The notes under the pieces: model-generated
Told to the model about the DNA's origin: nothing
What the model saw: the letters and a program-made list of their open reading frames with translations, nothing else
Database searches by the model: none
In this document: one piece after another, positions 1-8,962 of the stretch
Layout: each line of letters begins with the position of its first letter
How positions within the stretch are numbered: position 1 is the first letter of the stretch
Assembly (NCBI GenBank): GCA_048885535.1
Contig: JBHLLO010000003.1
Coordinates: 40,030 to 85,889, forward strand
Length of the DNA stretch: 45,860 nucleotides
Direction: 5' to 3'
Source of the DNA: Candidatus Hermodarchaeota archaeon
Lineage (GTDB): Archaea > Asgardarchaeota > Lokiarchaeia > Sigyniarchaeales > SOKP01
Program-made: the position numbers and the translations under genes

Positions 1-870
1 GCGATAGAACAGCAAAAAGTTTTTGAACAAGAGGAAGCAGAATTCAGACAACGGATTGATCAAATGATTAATAAAGCTGAAAAACTCGCTCGAGAATACG
101 ATATAGAAATGAAGAAAACAATTAAAAAAGGATATTTGGTAGAAAAGTGTGTTTATCCTGAGGTTATAGCCTTATATGAAGAAGCAAGCAAATTAGCAGC
201 TAAAAAGGGTTGGGAAGAACAAGTAAATGTTTATTTCAATCAAATTACTCATTATCAAGAACTCTTAGTAAGGGACCAAAAATTACGACAAATAGAAGCT
301 CAGAAACTTGAAAAACAAAAAGAATACGAAGAATTACATAAAGTTAAAAAAGATCAGATTTCAGAATCTGAACGCGATAGGATAAGAGCCATAGAACAAC
401 ATAAAGTTATTGAACAAGAGGAAGCAGAATTTAGACAATGGATTGATCAGATGATCAATAAAGCGGAAAAATTAGCTCGAGAATATGATATAGAAATGAA
501 AAAGGTCATTAAAAAAGGATATTTATTGGAAGACTGTGTTTACCCAAAGGTTATTGCTATATACGAAGAAGTGAGAAAATTAGTGGCTGAAAAGGGTTGG
601 GAAGAACAGGTAAATGTTTATTCTAATCAAATTGCTCATTACCAAGAACTTTTCATAAGAGACCAAAAATTGCGACAAATAGAAGCTCAGAAACTTGAAA
701 AACAAAAGGAATATGAAGAACTACATAAAGTTAAAAAAGCAGAGATTTCAGAATCTGAACTTGACAGGATAAGAGCGATAGAACAGCAAAAAGTTTTTGA
801 ACAAGAGGAAGCAGAATTCAGACAACGGATTGATCAAATGATTAATAAAGCGGAAAAGCTGGCAAGAGAA
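1..870 (+). repeat. Intragenic tandem repeat, 387-bp (129-aa) unit, near-identical at DNA level
   Basis: ATGAT(T/C)AATAAAGC at 64, 451 and 838 (period 387). Bases 1-77 are identical to 775-851. Confidence 0.95.
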
Positions 871-3510
871 TATGATATTAAAATTAAAAAAGCCGTAAAG
901 AAAGGAAATTTAAATTTTCAATCAGGCTATCCAGAGATTATAGAAATCTACACCGAAGCCAGAAAATTGGTGCTAGAAAAAGGATTAGAAAAGGAAGGGA
1001 TTATTTATTCAAGCCAAATAGTGAAATATTCAGATTTGTATAATAATGAAAAAAAGTTACGCGAAATAGAAGTTGAAAAGGTTAAAAAGCAGGAAGAATT
1101 CGAAGAAATGAAGAAGCTCAAAAAGAGAGACCAAGTTTCTGGATTGGATGTTCAAAAAATTAAAGAAATTGAACAAAAGAAGAGATTAGAACAAGAAGAA
1201 GAAATTTTTGAAAATGAAATAGATCATATGATTGATACAGCAGAGAAAATGGTGCGTGAATATGAACTTGCGATAAAACGTGGTAAATTCGAAGAGGAAT
1301 GTCCATATCCCACAGTTATAGAAATATATAAGAGTATAAGAGAAAAAGTTTATGCTAAAAATTGGACAGAAGAAGCTAAAATCTATACTAATCAAATTAT
1401 ACTTTATCAAGAAAAGTTAGATAGAGATAGGAAATTACGGGAGATTGAAACCCAAAAAGCAAAACAAAAGCAAGAATTTGAAGAGAGTCTAAAGAAGGGG
1501 AAGGATGTTGATATAGAAAAAAAACTAAAAATTGAAGAGAGGGATATAAGAAATGAGAAATTGCTTGATGAGGCAATGAATCTTATAAATGATGCTGAAA
1601 ATGAAGTAAAAAGTTATGAATTAAGTTTAAAAAAAGATATTCTTATATATCAAAGTCCATATGGTCTAGCTATTTCTAATTATGAAAAAGCAAGAGAAAT
1701 ATTTAAAGAAATTGGATGGTTGGATGAAAGTAATCGTTTAAGTTATACAATCAATTTCTATAAGGAAAAAAAAGCGAGAGATGACAACTTAAGAGAAATC
1801 GAAAGAAATAAGTTGCAGAAAGCTAAAATCGAAGAAGCAAGAGCTAAATACATACCTGAATATAAACCATTTGTTCGAGAACAGAAGATTATTGATATTG
1901 AGAAATTGGAGAAGAAGGAATCACAGGATACTGATGTCATATTCGAGTTGATTAACAAAGCTGAGAGATTAGCACAAGAATATGAAATTAAAAAGAAAGA
2001 AGGTATTTTGAATATTTCTTCTCCATACCCAGAGATAATTAATTTATATAAAGAAGCTAAAATGTGTTTTGAAAAGATAGGATGGAATGAGCAAGCAGAC
2101 CAATTAATTAATTCGATAAATCACTATAAAAAAAGATTAGAAGCAGATAAGAAAGTTAGAGAATATGAGACTCAAAAACTAGAAAAAGAAAAAGAATTAG
2201 AAAAGAAACGAAAATTAGAAGTTAAAATCGCTCGAGATGCAGAAGCTGAACTTTTGAAACAAAAAGCTCAAGCTCTTGAACTTAAAAAGCAACAAAGTTT
2301 AGAGTATGAAGCAAAAAAAGAGCAAGCTTTCAATTTTATGGATCTTGCTAAAAGAGAATTAAAACAAAACAACTTTGAAAAAGCAATAAAATTCTATAAA
2401 AGCAGTGAACAAATTTTCACCGAAATTAATTGGCCAGAAGGAATCAGGATGATCAATGAATCTATTAATTTAATAAAAAAGAAAAAGGAAGCTCTGGAAA
2501 GAGAGAAAGAAATACTAATAAAGAGAGAAGAAGAAAAGTTGAAGTTGAAAGCTCAATTAGAAGAACAGATTGCAAAAGCTCAAGATCTTAAGGATATCCA
2601 GGAAGAAAAAAGGAGACAAGAGTTATTAGTAATTCAACAACAACAAGAATATGAAAGAAAAGTATCAGAACAAGCATATAAATTACTAGAAGATGGAACA
2701 GCATTGAAAAATGCAAAAAAGTTTGAAGAAGCATACGAAAAATATATTATGGGAAGAGATTTATTCGAAAAAATTGGTTGGGTTCATGAGGTAAGCCGGA
2801 TTAATAATGATCTGCTATTTATTCTTAAAAAGGAAATGAAACAAGTTGAAAAAATAAAAGCTATACAGAAGAAAAAGTTAGAAGAAGAACAAGAGATTGA
2901 AGTATTACTTAGAGAAGCTGATGAAAAACGTAAAGAACTTGAAAAAACTAAAAAAGAAAAAAAAAGAAAACAGAGGGAACTTGTAATTCAACAGAGGTTA
3001 GAGGAAGTAAACGATATCTTAAAAAAGTTGAAATATAATGAGGGAATCTTAATGCTTAAAAAAGTGATTAAAAAATTAGCTAAAATTGGACAAGAAAAAC
3101 AAATTAAACAATTGAATAAACAGATTGAGGTATTAAAAAATGCAAGTCAGGTTCCAATAATTACTCTAGATGATATTGAAAGTAATGAAAATATACAAAA
3201 ATTTACTATAGCTTATCAAGCCTTAGATAGAGCACAAATTTCATTAGCAGAAAATCAGTTCATGAAGGCAATATCCGAATTTAATGAGGCAAATTTTAAT
3301 TTGAAACGCACCAATATTGGTCAAAAATATATTCCTATAATTCAAGAAAAAATTAATAATTATAAGAAAAGTTTAGGTATTAAAACAGAACCAGAAGAAG
3401 AAATAAAAGTTGAAAAACCTCCAGTTGAAGAAGAGACTCTAAAGGATAAAATTGCTGCTCGGAGAGCAGAACGAAGAAAAAGAATAGAAAAATTACTCGG
3501 AAAGAAATAA
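1..3510 (+). CDS. Very large E/K-rich alpha-helical repeat protein (TPR/MIT-like helical units joined by charged helices); 5'-truncated by the window edge
   Basis: The frame is open from base 1 (AIEQQKVFEQEEAEFRQRIDQ) into the ATG at 64. A unit of about 120-130 aa, (M/L)INKAEKLAREY...YP...LYEEA...GW...Y.NQI..Y...D.KLR.IE.QK, recurs at 64, 451, 838, 1228, 1582 and 1948, with weaker copies at 2335 and 2683. Confidence 0.85.
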   Translation, partial: AIEQQKVFEQEEAEFRQRIDQMINKAEKLAREYDIEMKKTIKKGYLVEKCVYPEVIALYEEASKLAAKKGWEEQVNVYFNQITHYQELLVRDQKLRQIEAQKLEKQKEYEELHKVKKDQISESERDRIRAIEQHKVIEQEEAEFRQWIDQMINKAEKLAREYDIEMKKVIKKGYLLEDCVYPKVIAIYEEVRKLVAEKGWEEQVNVYSNQIAHYQELFIRDQKLRQIEAQKLEKQKEYEELHKVKKAEISESELDRIRAIEQQKVFEQEEAEFRQRIDQMINKAEKLAREYDIKIKKAVKKGNLNFQSGYPEIIEIYTEARKLVLEKGLEKEGIIYSSQIVKYSDLYNNEKKLREIEVEKVKKQEEFEEMKKLKKRDQVSGLDVQKIKEIEQKKRLEQEEEIFENEIDHMIDTAEKMVREYELAIKRGKFEEECPYPTVIEIYKSIREKVYAKNWTEEAKIYTNQIILYQEKLDRDRKLREIETQKAKQKQEFEESLKKGKDVDIEKKLKIEERDIRNEKLLDEAMNLINDAENEVKSYELSLKKDILIYQSPYGLAISNYEKAREIFKEIGWLDESNRLSYTINFYKEKKARDDNLREIERNKLQKAKIEEARAKYIPEYKPFVREQKIIDIEKLEKKESQDTDVIFELINKAERLAQEYEIKKKEGILNISSPYPEIINLYKEAKMCFEKIGWNEQADQLINSINHYKKRLEADKKVREYETQKLEKEKELEKKRKLEVKIARDAEAELLKQKAQALELKKQQSLEYEAKKEQAFNFMDLAKRELKQNNFEKAIKFYKSSEQIFTEINWPEGIRMINESINLIKKKKEALEREKEILIKREEEKLKLKAQLEEQIAKAQDLKDIQEEKRRQELLVIQQQQEYERKVSEQAYKLLEDGTALKNAKKFEEAYEKYIMGRDLFEKIGWVHEVSRINNDLLFILKKEMKQVEKIKAIQKKKLEEEQEIEVLLREADEKRKELEKTKKEKKRKQRELVIQQRLEEVNDILKKLKYNEGILMLKKVIKKLAKIGQEKQIKQLNKQIEVLKNASQVPIITLDDIESNENIQKFTIAYQALDRAQISLAENQFMKAISEFNEANFNLKRTNIGQKYIPIIQEKINNYKKSLGIKTEPEEEIKVEKPPVEEETLKDKIAARRAERRKRIEKLLGKK

Positions 3511-3553
3511 TTCTTTGTTTTGAAATTATAATACAAAAAAAAAGAAAGAAAAA

Positions 3554-3769
3554 TTATAATAATTCTTGTATTTGATGTTCAACTTCAGTTTGGATAATAG
3601 TTGGATTTAGATTTCGCTTTACAGATTCCTCGATCAAATATTCTGTTTTTATCAAATCGCGAATTCCTACGCGTATAGCTTCTGATCGATTAGGAAACTT
3701 ACCTTCAGCAACTAATATCTCTAGTACTTTTAAATAAGACTCGGGTAAATTTACTGAGATTAATTTCAT
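3554..3769 (-). CDS. Ribbon-helix-helix (CopG/MetJ/Arc) transcription factor, CdrS/aCcr1-like
   Basis: N-terminal beta strand LISVNLP followed by two helices, with the motif GKFPNRSEAIR typical of small archaeal RHH regulators. Confidence 0.85.
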   Translation of the reverse strand: MKLISVNLPESYLKVLEILVAEGKFPNRSEAIRVGIRDLIKTEYLIEESVKRNLNPTIIQTEVEHQIQELL

Positions 3770-3840
3770 ATTTTTTTCATTTCGTTATGTATATTTAGAT
3801 ATATATCATATTATTGACGTAATATATTATTATCACGCAC

Positions 3841-3855
3841 ATATATAAACCTTTC
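3841..3855 (-). promoter_or_regulatory. Putative BRE/TATA promoter of the RHH gene
   Basis: The minus strand reads GAAAGG-TTTATATAT, about 70 nt upstream of the start codon. Confidence 0.5.
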
Positions 3856-4002
3856 AATGGAAATGGACCCCAAGAACTCCGACAAAAAAACCCTAATAAC
3901 TTTAAGAGTATATTATTAAAATCTAGCTAAATTACATAGACATTTCAAATATATTGTAGAAGAATTAATATTTTCTATTATTAAAAAGGAAAAAATATAT
4001 AT

Positions 4003-4029
4003 ACGTAACATTATATGTAACACGTAACA
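4003..4029. promoter_or_regulatory. Triple direct repeat A(C/T)GTAACA, candidate RHH operator
   Basis: ACGTAACA 4003-4010, ATGTAACA 4015-4022 and ACGTAACA 4022-4029 directly follow a TATA-like AATATATATA. A related ACGTAATA lies at 3817-3824. Confidence 0.55.
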
Positions 4030-4075
4030 AAAACAAAAAAATAAAAAAATTAATAGATATCAAAGGAGAATAAAT

Positions 4076-4399
4076 ATGTCAAATATTGAAACCCAATTGA
4101 AGGAACATTTAGAAAAAGGTGATGACTGGGCGAAAATGGAAACTCCTGTTCCTGGTGTATTTGTTGTAAAAGTTCCAGCAACTAAAACAAGACCATCATT
4201 ATTATTTATTGAGGTTAATCCATTGAAAGAAGATGGATCTCCAATGAAAAGGAAGGGTTTATTTATAGGAACGAAAGAAATGCTGGTTAAATTTGGTGAA
4301 GCATTAAATGACGATAAAGTTTTTCAATTAATTGGAGAAATTGAAAAAGTTAATCCTAAAGAGATCAAATCTAAATCGACTAAAAAACTTAAAATGTAA
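4076..4399 (+). CDS. Conserved archaeal hypothetical protein, possibly PC4/YdbC-like nucleic-acid-binding fold
   Basis: AGGAGA SD upstream. The pattern LFIEVNP..EDGSPMKRKGLFI resembles the PC4 P.KKGI.L motif. Confidence 0.6.
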   Translation: MSNIETQLKEHLEKGDDWAKMETPVPGVFVVKVPATKTRPSLLFIEVNPLKEDGSPMKRKGLFIGTKEMLVKFGEALNDDKVFQLIGEIEKVNPKEIKSKSTKKLKM

Positions 4400-4449
4400 A
4401 TTTATTATTTTTTTCTATTTCTTTTAAATTTTAAAAAGAAAAAACAAGA

Positions 4450-4734
4450 TTAACGAGAAGATACACCATCCCAAGCTTTTACTTCAGGGTCCTCATAACC
4501 GCAAACAGGGCATTTTTGGTTGACTTCCCATGCCTCTAAAGCAGGATGTACACGAGTAAAGAGAGAGCCACATTTTTGGCAAACTAAATACTTCGATCCG
4601 CATCCGTCACACATTTTTAATTGCCCTTTTTCAACAAACCTGAATGTTCTGGACATCCATTCATCATGAACAAGTCGAAAAGAATTACCGCCACATTGGG
4701 AGCAAGTCTTACCATTTTCTTCCATTTCTACCAT
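4450..4734 (-). CDS. Double zinc-ribbon protein
   Basis: Four CxxC pairs in 94 aa: CSQC, CDGC, CQKC, CPVC. Confidence 0.8.
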   Translation of the reverse strand: MVEMEENGKTCSQCGGNSFRLVHDEWMSRTFRFVEKGQLKMCDGCGSKYLVCQKCGSLFTRVHPALEAWEVNQKCPVCGYEDPEVKAWDGVSSR

Positions 4735-4985
4735 CTTTTTAAAAGAATTATATAGAAATTATATAATTTTAAAAATATAAATTTTACACTTAGGAAAATT
4801 GCGTCCATAAGAGGAAATATCAACAACTAAATGAATTTAAAAATTTTAGAAATTTTCTTCCTTTTTTTTACTACTATTTTGACTTTAACAAATTGAAAAC
4901 ACTAAAGTTTATAAAAAATTACAAAAAAAAATAACATATCTCTTATTATTTATATTAAATATAAGTAAAGTAAATTTAAATTAAA

Positions 4986-5459
4986 ATGAGCATAAAAATA
5001 GACCTAGCAACACCAGAGCAGATTGAAGCATTAAAAGAACTCACTAAACAGCTGGTAGAGGGATTAGGTCAGGAATTTGATCCAAAAAGATTCGATTGGG
5101 GTATTTCTCGAAGAATCTATGATAAATTGCAAAGACACGGAATACTTATTGCTGTTGATGAAGATAAAGATGATGAGGTTGTAGGAATGGTTATTGCTGA
5201 ATTACGTATTGATCCTTTTGGAACTTCTGAAGGATATATTAAACAAGTATTTCTTAAGCAAGAATATCGGGGTAAAGGAATCGGAGAATTACTTGTAAAG
5301 AAAGCTATTGAACATTTGCGTAAAATTAAAGTGGAAAAAATTAAGGTGAATATTAAAGAACAAGCAAAACAAGCGGCGAATCTTTATGCTAAGATGCATT
5401 TTAAAAAAGTTTATGAGGTCTTAGAATTAGATTTGTCTGATGAAAAATTTGAAGATTGA
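4986..5459 (+). CDS. GNAT-family N-acetyltransferase
   Basis: Acetyl-CoA motif A (VFLKQEYRGKGIGELL) and a C-terminal AANLYAKMHF. Confidence 0.9.
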   Translation: MSIKIDLATPEQIEALKELTKQLVEGLGQEFDPKRFDWGISRRIYDKLQRHGILIAVDEDKDDEVVGMVIAELRIDPFGTSEGYIKQVFLKQEYRGKGIGELLVKKAIEHLRKIKVEKIKVNIKEQAKQAANLYAKMHFKKVYEVLELDLSDEKFED

Positions 5460-5485
5460 ATAAAAACCACTAAATAATTAAAATC

Positions 5486-6463
5486 TTGATTGATTTAGAA
5501 ACTCCATGGATTGAAAAATATCGTCCTAAATCATTTGATGAAATTGTTAGCCAAAGTATTGCAGTTAATAATTTAAAAGAGTTTGCAAAATCTGGAGATA
5601 TGCCTCACTTGATTTTTGCTGGACCTGCAGGAACAGGTAAAACCAGTACTGCTTTAATTTTAGCTAGAGAAACAATTAAGAAAGACACATATTATAGAAA
5701 CGTTCTTGAGTTAAATGCTTCGGATACAGTGAGGATGGAGTATGTTAGAAGTGTAATTAAAGATTTTGTGAATCAGAAAATGATAATTGAAGAGAGTTCT
5801 CTGAAGTTTATCATTTTAGACGAGGCAGATAATATCCCGGGGCAAGTTCAACAAGCTCTAAGAAGAATTATTGAATTATCATCTAATAACGTGAAATTTA
5901 TTCTATTATGCAACTATATTAACAGAATTATTGATCCGATTGTGTCTAGATGTGCAGTATTTAGGTTCGTGGCTCTCCCAGAAAATAAAATAATCGAAAG
6001 ACTGAAATATATAGTTAAAAAGGAGAAAATTAAGATATCTCAAGAGATACAAGATTCTTTTTATAAAACTCTTTTTTTCATATCTGGTGGCGATCTTAGA
6101 AAAGCTATCAACTCTTTACAAATGGCTGTAGCACTTCAATTGCAGGAGAAATTAGATATAAATGAGATTTTAAGAATATCAGGCTTTATGGATGATATAA
6201 CATTGAAGAATTTAATTGTTAATATCAATAATAAAGATATGAGAAGTATAAAAGAATTAATTGAAGGGATTAATAATTTTGATGGTAGAAATTTGATAAA
6301 ACAAATCCTAGAGATTCTAACTCAACTTAATATTAATGCAGAAAGTTTGAATTCTATTATATCTCATATTGGAAATATCGATTATCGGTTAAGTCAAGGT
6401 GCGGATGAGGATTTGCAATTGATTTCATTAATAGCTGAAATAATAAAGAATGTTGTTGATTAA
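5486..6463 (+). CDS. rfcS: Replication factor C small subunit (catalytically intact)
   Basis: PWIEKYRP, Walker A GPAGTGKT, LELNASD, Walker B IILDEAD, QQALRR, SRC arginine finger, GDLRKAIN. Confidence 0.95.
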   Translation: MIDLETPWIEKYRPKSFDEIVSQSIAVNNLKEFAKSGDMPHLIFAGPAGTGKTSTALILARETIKKDTYYRNVLELNASDTVRMEYVRSVIKDFVNQKMIIEESSLKFIILDEADNIPGQVQQALRRIIELSSNNVKFILLCNYINRIIDPIVSRCAVFRFVALPENKIIERLKYIVKKEKIKISQEIQDSFYKTLFFISGGDLRKAINSLQMAVALQLQEKLDINEILRISGFMDDITLKNLIVNINNKDMRSIKELIEGINNFDGRNLIKQILEILTQLNINAESLNSIISHIGNIDYRLSQGADEDLQLISLIAEIIKNVVD

Positions 6464-6472
6464 TTTTTCCTG

Positions 6473-7528
6473 GTGTTTAAAATGAATGCAGAACCTCCTA
6501 TTTGGCGCATTAAATATTTACCTCATACATTAGAAGAAGTATGTGGAAGAGATATAATAAAGGAAAGATTAAATAGATTTATTATATCAAAAAACTTCCC
6601 CCATCTACTTTTTTTTGGTCAAGAAGGTATTGGGAAAGCTACTATAGCCAAATTATTTTCAGAGTTATTTCTAGGCGAATTTTTTGATGCCAATTTTAGA
6701 ATTGTTTATGCGAATGTTCCTTTGACAAGCGAAGAACTAAAAGAAGCTCGGTCAGAAGCATATATTTCAACAAGCAGAATTGGTAGTTTAGCAGGTAAAA
6801 GAATTATTACTCCCGCATTTTTACAAATAAAAATCAAACCTTTTATTCAATTAAAGGTTCTAGGAGATGCTCCATTTAAAATTTTAGTAATAAAGAATTT
6901 TGAAGCATTAGGAACATATCAACAAGGATTTCGAAGATTAATGGAAAGTTATGGAACTAATTGCCGTATGATTTTAATAACTACTAAGATTTCAAATATT
7001 ATTGATCCTATAATTAGTCGTTGTCAGATATTTATTATCTCTCCGACAGATTTCAAATCATTCAAAATATTAATTTCTAATATTTCAGAAAATGAATCTT
7101 TAAAGATTGATGACGAGGCTATTAAATTGCTTTATAAAATTACTGGAGGTAAAATAGCTAAAGCTATTGATTTATTACAGCTTAGTAGTATAAAAAGCAA
7201 AATAGTCAACATTAACACAATTTACGATAATTTAATCAGTTCTCAAAAAGATTTGGTTAGGAGTTTATTATTATTATGTTTTAGAGGAGATTTTTTAAAA
7301 GCAAGAGATTTATTTCGTAAAATTCAAACTAGTTATAGATATTCTGCTCACGAAATTTTTAACTTATTAATAATTGAGTTGTTAAAATTACCCATTAGCA
7401 CATATAGTAAATGTAAATTAATTGATCTCGTTTCAAAAGCAGATTTTAGAGCAGTAGATGGATTGGATTTAGATATACAAGTTTCGAATCTCATAGCAAA
7501 AATTAGTTACTACTCAGAATTTATGTAG
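6473..7528 (+). CDS. Second RFC small subunit paralog with a degenerate ATPase site (start may be ATG 6482)
   Basis: WRIKYLP, PHLLFFGQEGIGKAT, Walker B replaced by ILVIKNFEA, retained QQGFRRLME and IISRC, RFC-type C-terminal collar. Confidence 0.85.
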   Translation: MFKMNAEPPIWRIKYLPHTLEEVCGRDIIKERLNRFIISKNFPHLLFFGQEGIGKATIAKLFSELFLGEFFDANFRIVYANVPLTSEELKEARSEAYISTSRIGSLAGKRIITPAFLQIKIKPFIQLKVLGDAPFKILVIKNFEALGTYQQGFRRLMESYGTNCRMILITTKISNIIDPIISRCQIFIISPTDFKSFKILISNISENESLKIDDEAIKLLYKITGGKIAKAIDLLQLSSIKSKIVNINTIYDNLISSQKDLVRSLLLLCFRGDFLKARDLFRKIQTSYRYSAHEIFNLLIIELLKLPISTYSKCKLIDLVSKADFRAVDGLDLDIQVSNLIAKISYYSEFM

Positions 7529-7536
7529 GTGGTTAT

Positions 7537-8898
7537 ATGCCAAGTAAAAAGAATCTTCCATGGGTAGAAAAGTATAGACCTTCATCTATTAAGTCCATGG
7601 CTTTACCTATAGCTAAGATAAAAGGTCATAAGGTAAAACTTAATGAAGAATTAGAATCTTTCATAAGTGAATTTTTCGAGGAGATGGACAGAATTAATAT
7701 AGAAAACAGAAAAATTAGACAATTCAATCGATTGCATTCAGAAAAAGAACGCAAAGAAGAGATAAAAATTGCGCCTGAAAAAGCGGCAGTACTTTTAGAA
7801 GGACCTCCAGGAATAGGTAAAACTTCAATAGTTTATGCTTTAGCAAATGATTTGAATATGGAAGTAATTGAAACTAATGCCTCTGATACTAGAACAAAAT
7901 CAAAGTTAGAAGCTAAGTTAAAAGAAACTGTAAAAAATAGAGGGATAATGGATTTTATTACAGACTCTAAGCGCAAATTAATACTTATTGACGAAGTTGA
8001 CGGTATTTATGGAGTGTCTGATCGAGGAGCATTACCAGCTATTCTAAATTTGATCGATGAGACTCAATTTCCCATAATACTATGTTCAAATGAATATAAG
8101 CAAAATTTACAATCACTTTACAACAAAATTAAAAGATATGAGGTTAGTCCTCTCCCACAGCAAGAAATTATAAAGGTAGCAAAAAGAATTCTGAAAGAAG
8201 AGAATATACTAGAATTGAGTGAAGAGGATCTAAATTTAATTATTGAGAAGAATAATGGGGATCTTCGAGGTGTTATAAATGATCTCGAGGCATTGAGCCA
8301 TGGTGTGATGGACAAAGATTACAAAGAATTAATATTGAAACTAAATAGGGATGGTTATGAAGAAATTTTTACTTTAATTAGAGATTTATTTCAGAAAGCA
8401 AATTCGCTAAGGGAAGCACGCAATTTAACCGATAAATCCGACGTCGACTATAATTTCCTATATAAATGGGTTAATGAAAATCTTCCTAGTTTTATTGATC
8501 TTAAGAGTGAAATTGCAAAGGCTTATGAAAATCTCTCTCTTGCTGACGAAATTTTTGGAAGAATAAGAAAAAATCAATATTGGTCACTTCTACCTTACTT
8601 CTATGACCTTTTTGCTGGAGGTGTCGCTTTATCAAAATCGAATAAATCTTCAAAACCTGGATTTCGAAGAGTAGTTTTTCCTAGATACAGTTCTTCTGCA
8701 TTTTTTTCTTTAAGTGCTACTGAACGATTATTTACTGAAAAAGTTATGGAAAAATATTCTATTTCTGAAATTGAAATAATTCAGAATTTCCTACCATTTT
8801 TAAGAATTTTATGTAGTAGTTCAAGAAAACAGTTAAAAGAAATAAGCGATTGGTTAGAGCTAGATCCTAAAGAGAAAAAGCTATTAAAACAAACATGA
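7537..8898 (+). CDS. rfcL: Replication factor C large subunit
   Basis: PWVEKYRP, GPPGIGKT, ETNASD.R, LIDEVDG, GDLRGVINDLE, WVNENLP, LSLADEIFGRIR..QYW.L. Confidence 0.93.
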   Translation: MPSKKNLPWVEKYRPSSIKSMALPIAKIKGHKVKLNEELESFISEFFEEMDRINIENRKIRQFNRLHSEKERKEEIKIAPEKAAVLLEGPPGIGKTSIVYALANDLNMEVIETNASDTRTKSKLEAKLKETVKNRGIMDFITDSKRKLILIDEVDGIYGVSDRGALPAILNLIDETQFPIILCSNEYKQNLQSLYNKIKRYEVSPLPQQEIIKVAKRILKEENILELSEEDLNLIIEKNNGDLRGVINDLEALSHGVMDKDYKELILKLNRDGYEEIFTLIRDLFQKANSLREARNLTDKSDVDYNFLYKWVNENLPSFIDLKSEIAKAYENLSLADEIFGRIRKNQYWSLLPYFYDLFAGGVALSKSNKSSKPGFRRVVFPRYSSSAFFSLSATERLFTEKVMEKYSISEIEIIQNFLPFLRILCSSSRKQLKEISDWLELDPKEKKLLKQT

Positions 8899-8962
8899 AA
8901 TTTATAAAGATGGACTTTATTAACTATAGTAACTTAATTTTGATTTTTTTTAACAAGATTAT

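Noticed and set aside
1-870. Repeat array read as CRISPR or a mobile element
   Set aside because: Units are 387 bp, in frame and protein-coding, with no spacers or terminal inverted repeats.
3554-3769. RHH as a toxin-antitoxin antitoxin
   Set aside because: No co-oriented toxin gene is adjacent; it converges on the repeat gene.
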